Shown here: piece by piece, positions 11,306 through 17,995 of the stretch | Numbering within the stretch: position 1 is the stretch's first letter | Layout of the letters: every line of letters begins with the position of its first letter | Assembly (NCBI RefSeq): GCF_002945325.1 | Contig: NZ_CP026606.1 | Coordinates: 960,001-992,000, forward strand | Direction of reading: 5' to 3' | Source of the DNA: Methanococcus maripaludis | GTDB taxonomy: Archaea > AGJL01 > Methanococci > Methanococcales > Methanococcaceae | Length of the DNA stretch: 32,000 nucleotides | Notes under the pieces: model-generated | Database searches by the model: none | Told to the model about the DNA's origin: nothing | The model's input: the letters and a program-made list of their open reading frames with translations, nothing else | Program-made: the position numbers and the translations under genes

Positions 11306-11863
11306 TTAATAAGTAGAAAAAAGAGGGTTTTTATTAAATTCGTCCTCTAAATATTTAATTTGTTCTTTTAATAGTGAAATGTCCTTTTTATTATCGTATT
11401 CATACATCATCTCGCCACATTGGGGGCATCTAAATCCACTATCCATCGCATCTTCAAATGTAAATTTAATTTCACAGTCAGAACAGAAAAAAAACATGTT
11501 TGTTTCTTCCACATTTAGCTGTTCTTTTAAACCATTTAATACATTTTTCATTTTTTTAGCAACCAGTGCTGGCACTTTTTCAAGAGATGGTTTCCAGGTG
11601 TAAGTGTACCAGTTTGTTTCTTCGTCCTTTTCTCGATTATAATCTACAAGCCTTGCTTCGTATAATTTGTAGAGTATCCTTCTAATATTGTTTAATTTTA
11701 CATCCAACTGTCTTGAAATCTCGTCATCTGTTACTTCATTAGTATTGATAAGTACTGACAAAACATCAAAGCCAACAACGTCCTCATCCATTATTTCAAA
11801 AAGTACTTGTTGAATCAGGGGGTTTTCGAGCATTGTAAATATCTCATCTTTTGATAAATTCAT
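11306..11863 (-). CDS. tfe: Transcription factor TFE (alpha subunit, TFIIE homologue)
   Basis: N-terminal extended winged helix ([45 protein letters not shown]) plus zinc ribbon [26 protein letters not shown]. Confidence 0.93.
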   Translation of the reverse strand: MNLSKDEIFTMLENPLIQQVLFEIMDEDVVGFDVLSVLINTNEVTDDEISRQLDVKLNNIRRILYKLYEARLVDYNREKDEETNWYTYTWKPSLEKVPALVAKKMKNVLNGLKEQLNVEETNMFFFCSDCEIKFTFEDAMDSGFRCPQCGEMMYEYDNKKDISLLKEQIKYLEDEFNKNPLFSTY

Positions 11864-11866
11864 GTT

Positions 11867-12916
11867 TCATACACCTCTTAAAATACCGCACTCCATTTCT
11901 CTTACATCAGCCATGTTTCTTCCGATTATTGTAACGACTGGTTCTCCCTCTTCGATATAGGTTCCTTTTTGTGGGATATCCCTTAAAAATGGATTTTTAT
12001 CGATGGAATATGATGAACCTTTGTCTGAAAAAACTATTTTTTTAAAAAAACAGTCTTTTGGTTTTACGGGTTTATTTTCGAGAATTGCCTTTGAAAGATT
12101 GTATTTTGAAGATAATTCTATTGTTTCATAAGTTCCTAAAATCCTAGGATTTACTTCGATAATATATGGAATTCCATCTTTTAGCATGAAATCAATTCCA
12201 TTCATCCCTAAAAGATCCAGCGAAGCTATTATTTCTTCAAATTCCTGAATTGTTTCGTTTTTCAAGTTTAAAACATACGGGGATATGTTTCCTACATAAA
12301 TATTGTTATTTATCAATTGCTTGTTAAAACATAAAAAATTTGAACCGATAAATGAAGCACTGTATGATTCAGATTTGATACATTCCTGAACCAGTACAGG
12401 ATAGTTTATATCCAAATTATCCGTATTTTGAAAATCAATATTAGTTACACCAATTCCGCCGCTACCTGAAATAGGTTTTACTACTACAGACTTTAACTCC
12501 GATAAGCATTTTTCAAACTGGTATTTATTATTTACTAGGTATGTTACCGGCACATTAAAGCCTAAATTTTCCAATTTCTTTACAGTTTTATATTTATCAC
12601 TTATATTTTTAATTCTTTTTGGTGAGTTTCCAACAACGTCCCAGTTTGGAGTTTTTGAAGTTTTACTCTCAAATATTCCAGAACATACAAAAATATAATC
12701 AACCAAATCCACATATTCTTTTGAAAGATTTAATAATTCTTTTTCAGAATATTTATCTACCAAATGTCCGTGAAATTTGTCATTGATAGTATATTTTTTA
12801 TGATCTGCATTTAAATCCACAGGGTTATAGTGAGAAACTGAATAGACCTCAAAATTTAATTTTTTTAAAGAATTTACAACAGGGCGCGTACATGCCCCAA
12901 CAACGAGAGCTTTCAT
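11867..12916 (-). CDS. ATP-grasp family ligase-like protein, substrate unknown
   Basis: VVKPISGSGGIGVTN (ATP-grasp loop), PVLVQECIKSESYSASFIG, GMNGIDFMLKDGIPYIIEVNPRILGTYE. Confidence 0.82.
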   Translation of the reverse strand: MKALVVGACTRPVVNSLKKLNFEVYSVSHYNPVDLNADHKKYTINDKFHGHLVDKYSEKELLNLSKEYVDLVDYIFVCSGIFESKTSKTPNWDVVGNSPKRIKNISDKYKTVKKLENLGFNVPVTYLVNNKYQFEKCLSELKSVVVKPISGSGGIGVTNIDFQNTDNLDINYPVLVQECIKSESYSASFIGSNFLCFNKQLINNNIYVGNISPYVLNLKNETIQEFEEIIASLDLLGMNGIDFMLKDGIPYIIEVNPRILGTYETIELSSKYNLSKAILENKPVKPKDCFFKKIVFSDKGSSYSIDKNPFLRDIPQKGTYIEEGEPVVTIIGRNMADVREMECGILRGV

Positions 12917-12941
12917 AAAACCACTAAAAAATAAATTAAAG

Positions 12942-13892
12942 TTAATTTGTTAAAGTTTTAAGTTCGTCCCTTAGTTCCCTTATTGTAGAATTTCTTTCTG
13001 CAAAAGCATCGTGTCTGTGAATACTCTCTTTATTTACCTGCCTTACAAGAACTTGTGTGTCTTCAGGAAGATAATCAAAAACATCCACAACTCTTTTTAT
13101 CATCTCTCTTGCACAGTCTTCAACAAATTTTGGATTTTTGTGAGCTGCCTCTACAACAAAAGCTTCGTCACTTCTCTTCAAAAGTTCGTAAACTTCCCCA
13201 CTCATTGAATCTTTAATTATTTTGATTATTTTTGAAATTCCAACAGTATATCCATTTGGAACTTCTATCATAACCGTTCCAATTCCTCTTTGGTTGTGTG
13301 TTGCAATAGTAACTGAATCAAGAATTTTTTTAATGTCTTCATTTGAAAATCCTTTTTCAGTTAAACTAGCAACTGCATTTTCTTTTAACATGTTTTGTGC
13401 ACAGGGGCATGCCGTAATTCCAACGACTTCTGCACCAACCATCTTTTTTACATCTATTTTTCCATTGCTGTCTTTTACACCATATGCTCTTGCGATTATC
13501 TTTCCAATTTCCTGAGAATCTTTTTTTGTTACAGGGGATTTTTCTTCCATCATGTAATCGCTGTAAAGCATTACTTCGGCTCTTGTCGCATATTCGTGTT
13601 TTTCGAAGAGTTTCATAACTATTTCAACAGATAAATCTTCAACACCATAAATTTCCTTTTCTAAAAGTATGTTTTCAACTACTTCTTCGATTACTTCGGG
13701 GCTTCTTGACATATGAATTCCTTTTTGTGAACTTGGAAGATCCACAAAAACTTCGAAGGTGGGGAGAAGAACGATGTCTCTTTTATTTTTTCTTTTTAAT
13801 TTTACAAGTTTTTTTAGGTTTGTTACGCCAACCCGGGTTAATGAAACCTTAATATCAGGTTCTGTTGCCTGAACGTCATTGCATTGCATCAA
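12942..13892 (-). CDS. mptA: GTP cyclohydrolase MptA (type IV GTP cyclohydrolase, methanopterin pathway)
   Basis: Conserved FolE2/MptA features: DLPSSQKGIHMSRSPE, GITACPCAQN, THNQRGIG, HAAHKNPKFVEDCAREM-like C-terminal region. Confidence 0.92.
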   Translation of the reverse strand: MMQCNDVQATEPDIKVSLTRVGVTNLKKLVKLKRKNKRDIVLLPTFEVFVDLPSSQKGIHMSRSPEVIEEVVENILLEKEIYGVEDLSVEIVMKLFEKHEYATRAEVMLYSDYMMEEKSPVTKKDSQEIGKIIARAYGVKDSNGKIDVKKMVGAEVVGITACPCAQNMLKENAVASLTEKGFSNEDIKKILDSVTIATHNQRGIGTVMIEVPNGYTVGISKIIKIIKDSMSGEVYELLKRSDEAFVVEAAHKNPKFVEDCAREMIKRVVDVFDYLPEDTQVLVRQVNKESIHRHDAFAERNSTIRELRDELKTLTN

Positions 13893-13909
13893 AAAACACC
13901 TGAAATAAT

Positions 13910-15136
13910 TTACGAAATATCTTCTTTTGTTATCAAAACGTCCTTTAATTCCTTGGATAAAGTGTAGTATACATTATATCCATCTCTTTCTTTATAAATA
14001 TACCCCATTTCATAAATATCTGAAAGGTGTGTTCCAATCGTTCCTGTTGAATTGTTTAAAATTCCTGAAAGTTCAGTTACAGTGGAGCTTCCACCAAGTT
14101 CAGCCATTGCTTTTATTATTTTAGACTGGGCGGGTGTTAAGTGGTTTAAAATCTGGTGTCCTACACTTATCCCGAGATTTTTCATTGCGTTTCTTGCAAT
14201 TTCGTCATCTATTTCATCTACACCATTTTTAAGTCCGAGAGAAACTGCTTCAGAACATGTCATTATAATTCTTCTTGGAATTCCGTCACATTCCTCAATT
14301 ATTTTCTCGATGCTCTGTTCTGAAAAAGGTTGATATCCTTTCGCACCAGTTATTTGTGAATCTTCGAGTCTTCTTTTTATAAGATCATATGCTTCTTCTT
14401 TTGTAAGAGGAGGCATATTTATGATTTTTGGAATTCTATCTCTTATTGCAGGGGATATTTTTGTCAAATCTTCAACCATTGTTGGAGGGCCTGCTAAAAA
14501 CGTTAAAATATCATCCTCATATAAGAATGAGTGGAAAAACTGTAAAAGTCCAAGACAGCTTCTTTTTGCAAACTGGTCTGCTTCATCAATTAATATAACG
14601 CAGAGTTTGTTTTCTTCTTTTACTTCGTTTAACAGATATTTTAAATCTCTTTCAATTTTTTCACGAGGGTAGTGAACAGGCGTTTTATCACTGTAATTGC
14701 TGAGTCTTTTATAAATCTCAATTATTTTTTGAGAATGTTTCATATAGTCAGATGAAAGAGTTCCATCTACTGAAAACAGATTATCTTTGATGATTCCATA
14801 CATTAATTGTATTAAAAACTGTCTTGCAGTGATTTGTGAGGCTTCTAATTCAACAACCCAATGATTGTGTCTTTTTGAAGCGTAATACAATATATTTAGT
14901 ATCGAACTTTTTCCAATTCCTTTTGTACCAACTATTGCAGCATTTGCAACACTACCATACTGTGCCGCACCCAAAATGTCCGCAATTTCAGAAAGTTCAG
15001 AAGTTCTTCCAACAAAAAATTTGGTGTTACCCCTAATTGGTTTTTCTGAAAATGGGTTCGTTTTTAATTTTAACCTGTTCATTGATTTTTTCGATATCGA
15101 TGATGCATTATGAATAAATTCAATTGGGTCTAACAT
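13910..15136 (-). CDS. Divergent Orc1/Cdc6-like AAA+ ATPase with C-terminal winged helix
   Basis: Walker A GTKGIGKSS, Walker B LCVILIDEADQF, sensor/arginine-finger region AIRDRIPKIINMPPLT, KNLGISVGHQIL, C-terminal wHTH (STVTELSGILNNSTGTIGTHLSDIYEMGYIYKE). Confidence 0.75.
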   Translation of the reverse strand: MLDPIEFIHNASSISKKSMNRLKLKTNPFSEKPIRGNTKFFVGRTSELSEIADILGAAQYGSVANAAIVGTKGIGKSSILNILYYASKRHNHWVVELEASQITARQFLIQLMYGIIKDNLFSVDGTLSSDYMKHSQKIIEIYKRLSNYSDKTPVHYPREKIERDLKYLLNEVKEENKLCVILIDEADQFAKRSCLGLLQFFHSFLYEDDILTFLAGPPTMVEDLTKISPAIRDRIPKIINMPPLTKEEAYDLIKRRLEDSQITGAKGYQPFSEQSIEKIIEECDGIPRRIIMTCSEAVSLGLKNGVDEIDDEIARNAMKNLGISVGHQILNHLTPAQSKIIKAMAELGGSSTVTELSGILNNSTGTIGTHLSDIYEMGYIYKERDGYNVYYTLSKELKDVLITKEDIS

Positions 15137-15250
15137 AAGCCATATCCCTCCAGTATGAAAATAGTCCGAAAAGTGTCTTAAAATATATAATGAATTATCT
15201 TTTTTATAAGTTTCGAAAAACCGAAAGTTTAAAACATCTAAAATAATAAT

Positions 15251-15293
15251 ATTGTGAATATAAGTTTAAAAATAAAATAAATTGTGAATATAT
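15251..15293 (+). repeat. Repeat module 1: ATTGTGAATATAAGTTTAAAAATAAAATAAATTGTGAATATAT
   Basis: Two ATTGTGAATATA copies starting at 15251 and 15281 (30 bp apart). Confidence 0.95.
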
Positions 15294-15436
15294 TATTTTT
15301 TTGTGTATCTAATTAATATAAATCCTTATTTTTAATTAAAAATCATTTTAATAAAATCAGTATATTATATAAATATATCACAATAAATATAAAATTAATT
15401 TGAATTATGAAAAATAAGGTATTTTTGTAAATATTA

Positions 15437-15480
15437 ATTGTGAATATAACTTTAAAAATAAAATAAATTGTGAATATAAC
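15437..15480 (+). repeat. Repeat module 2: ATTGTGAATATAACTTTAAAAATAAAATAAATTGTGAATATAAC
   Basis: Two ATTGTGAATATA copies starting at 15437 and 15467; first 30 nt differ from module 1 by one base. Confidence 0.95.
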
Positions 15481-15648
15481 AAGTAATATATATTAAAACA
15501 GATTATTATTAATAAAATTACAAATTAAATATAAAAAATCAAGATACTTAAAAAAAAGAGTTTAAATCATGATTAAACTGGTAAAATATAGTAATAAGAT
15601 TAATTTTTTAAATAATATAATATATGAACTGAAATAAGATTATAAAAT

Positions 15649-15662
15649 ATTGTGAATATAAA
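15649..15662 (+). repeat. Fifth ATTGTGAATATA copy (solo)
   Basis: Direct reading: ATTGTGAATATAAA. Confidence 0.9.
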
Positions 15663-15746
15663 AGTATTATAAAATTTAAACCATATTTAATTAATAAATT
15701 AGTATAATAAAAATAAATTTATAAGTTATTTAAAATTGGGGATTTT

Positions 15747-16268
15747 ATGGAAGCTATTTTAAAAAAACTAGTAAATACTAAAGAAAGAAAATTAATACTA
15801 ACTAAACTTTTGAAAGAACCAATGTGTTGTGAAGATCTTTCAAATGAATTGAATATATCAAAAGGACTTCCTGCACAATTTTTAAAATTATGCACTTCAT
15901 TAAATCTTGTTAAAAGGGAAAGGACCAGCCATAGAGTGTATTATTCGATAAATCCGGAAAATTATTTGAAAATATATAACGCAGTAGTAATTGAAGACCG
16001 GAAAATTGAAGAAAAAAAGAATTTAAAACACAGTTTAAAAAAAGACGAATTCCAAACCACCCTTTCTGTTGAAAATACTTCAAAAGATTATGATATTAAA
16101 AAAATAGACAATGGTTTTGGAGGAACTACATTTATTTTAAATGATAAAGATAGTTCTTTTGAAATATTCAAAACAAATGAAAATAACTACTGGTGTGTGG
16201 CTTGCCAGAGTGATAATTGTGAACATGTTTTGTACTTAAAAAAAGCGTATTCTAAAAAACGTAATTAA
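15747..16268 (+). CDS. Winged-helix (ArsR/MarR-like) DNA-binding protein with C-terminal SWIM-like Cys/His motif
   Basis: wHTH: KRKLILTKLLKEP...CCEDLSNELNISKGLPAQFLKLCTSLNLVKRERTSHRVYYSINPE (read from the ORF track); C-terminal YWCVACQSDNCEHVLYLKKA. Confidence 0.75.
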   Translation: MEAILKKLVNTKERKLILTKLLKEPMCCEDLSNELNISKGLPAQFLKLCTSLNLVKRERTSHRVYYSINPENYLKIYNAVVIEDRKIEEKKNLKHSLKKDEFQTTLSVENTSKDYDIKKIDNGFGGTTFILNDKDSSFEIFKTNENNYWCVACQSDNCEHVLYLKKAYSKKRN

Positions 16269-16337
16269 TATTTTTCATTTTTTATACTGTTTATGTATTA
16301 TTTTATAGATTTAGAAAAGTATATTTTTTAGATTATC

Positions 16338-16366
16338 TTTTCGGGTTTTCGAGTTTCATGTATATA
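16338..16366 (+). repeat. Left arm of imperfect inverted repeat: TTTTCGGGTTTTCGAGTTTCATGTATATA
   Basis: Pairs with 16671-16699 at 25 of 29 positions. Confidence 0.9.
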
Positions 16367-16670
16367 ACATGGTTTTGTTTTGAATTTGTTTTTTGAGATT
16401 TCTGGTTTTTTTATATATTTAACCATGCTTTTAATGGTTATATTATATATAATAATTATATAATGCTTTTTTATAATATATATCTATTAAAACCATTCTT
16501 TTTAGTATTTATTATATTATTTAACTTTATTTTTATAAAATAACTTTTTTTATTTATTATTATATTATTATATTAATTATATTTTATTATTATACATATA
16601 TAGGTTAAAAAAGTAAAATAAATGTATAATTAATTTTTTATAAACAAAAAAATCAAAAAGAGACACACCA

Positions 16671-16699
16671 TATATACATCATACTCGAAACACCGAAAA
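16671..16699 (-). repeat. Right arm of imperfect inverted repeat (minus strand TTTTCGGTGTTTCGAGTATGATGTATATA)
   Basis: Reverse complement matches 16338-16366 at 25 of 29 positions; 304 bp of gene-free AT-rich DNA in between. Confidence 0.9.
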
Positions 16700-16897
16700 A
16701 CAAAAAAAATCAAAAAACAAGTAAAAACCGAATTTAAAATATATGATAATCAAAAAATCAATAAAATAAAAGATATACAAAAATAGTCAAGTAATATTGT
16801 GGAAAATTAAAATAGACACATCTGTTTAATAATAAAAAACAAACAACAAGGTTTTGAAATATTATTAAAAAATATTAATTAAAACTCGGATCCAAAC

Positions 16898-17989
16898 CTA
16901 TCCAAAAATTAAAAATCCATTGAAAATTTCCGTACGCTTTTTCAAGTTTATATCTTTAAAATTATTAATTTCAAAAAATATATCTTTAAAACTAACATTT
17001 GATTGAACTATGTCTAAAGCTGTTTTTTTATCAATATCTAGTTTAAAAAGGATATTTTTATTAACCTTTCTTTTTTTAATAATATTCAATCCAACAAGTT
17101 CATTTAAGTAATTATAAACTGTTGAAGAACTGTATTCTAACATGCCAGCTATTTCCTTGATATTGAATTTTTTTAACAGGAATATTTTTTGGACAATATT
17201 TTTGTATTTTTTAGGCAGAACTTCTGGAATTATTTTTTTCCAGTTTATTTTTAAATCTCGCATATTTTTAAGGTCTCTTTTTGAATTAGCAAGTATCAAA
17301 TCAATTATTTTTAAATTTCCACAACTTATTTTCAAAAGTTCTTCTGAAACTTTTTCTGATATCAAATGGCCTTTATTTTTTGCATAATATATTACTGCAG
17401 CAACACTGTTTGTTTTATGGTTATCAAAATTATTTTTTAAATACGAATAAGCTTCAAAAGGACACCTTAAAACAATACTTATTCCTTCATTTTTCAAAAA
17501 TTGAATAAACCTATTATATGTTTTCAAGTGATTCCATTTTGAAACATCGTGAAGGTCAAATACCAAAATCGGGTTTAAAACTTTCAAAATAGTTATTAAT
17601 TTACCCATTACTTTTTTAAAGTTCCAGTTATTAACATCCTCAAATAAATCTCCAATTACCCTATACCATGCTTTTTTGGCCCTGTAATAATTATTAACGG
17701 ATTTATCAAAATAGACATCGTTTAAATACTTAAAAATATTATCCATCCCTTTAATTTCGAAATTATTTTTAAAAAGGGTCATTTTATCTTTTAAAACGTG
17801 CAAAATGTTCAAAACAGTCTTTTTTAATGACGGACTTCCTAAAACCCTTAAAATTGGAATATCATTGATTATTTTACAATTTCCAACAACATCTGATTCC
17901 AAAACAGAGCTCCTGCTAACAGGCTGAATCCAGATATCATTTGTTGCATAAATTTCGGGTTTATTGTAAATAATTTCCATGATTTTCAC
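16898..17989 (-). CDS. Degenerate AAA/STAND-like protein with C-terminal winged helix, probably co-transcribed with MCM
   Basis: Degenerate Walker A-like GSPSLKKT, Walker B-like PILVFDLHD, wHTH KKFNIKEIAGMLEYSSSTVYNYLNELVGLNIIKKRKV; starts 6 nt downstream of the MCM stop. Confidence 0.55.
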   Translation of the reverse strand: MKIMEIIYNKPEIYATNDIWIQPVSRSSVLESDVVGNCKIINDIPILRVLGSPSLKKTVLNILHVLKDKMTLFKNNFEIKGMDNIFKYLNDVYFDKSVNNYYRAKKAWYRVIGDLFEDVNNWNFKKVMGKLITILKVLNPILVFDLHDVSKWNHLKTYNRFIQFLKNEGISIVLRCPFEAYSYLKNNFDNHKTNSVAAVIYYAKNKGHLISEKVSEELLKISCGNLKIIDLILANSKRDLKNMRDLKINWKKIIPEVLPKKYKNIVQKIFLLKKFNIKEIAGMLEYSSSTVYNYLNELVGLNIIKKRKVNKNILFKLDIDKKTALDIVQSNVSFKDIFFEINNFKDINLKKRTEIFNGFLIFG

Positions 17990-17995
17990 GAATTT

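Larger units (their letters stand above)
15137..16897. promoter_or_regulatory. Candidate replication origin region (AT-rich intergenic DNA on both sides of a wHTH gene)
   Basis: Two intergenic regions of about 0.6 kb each; repeated elements ATTGTGAATATA (x5) and TTTCGGKKTTTCGA (x3); adjacent Orc1/Cdc6-like, degenerate AAA and MCM genes. Confidence 0.55.

Noticed and set aside
15251-15480. CRISPR array interpretation of the 30-bp-spaced repeats
   Set aside because: Repeats are only 12-13 nt, the linkers between paired copies are nearly identical rather than unique spacers, and no cas genes are nearby.
16338-16699. Terminal inverted repeats of an insertion element or MITE
   Set aside because: No transposase and no convincing target-site duplication, the arms are imperfect, and a related copy occurs singly at 15213-15226; the origin-site explanation fits better, though a MITE cannot be excluded without comparative data.
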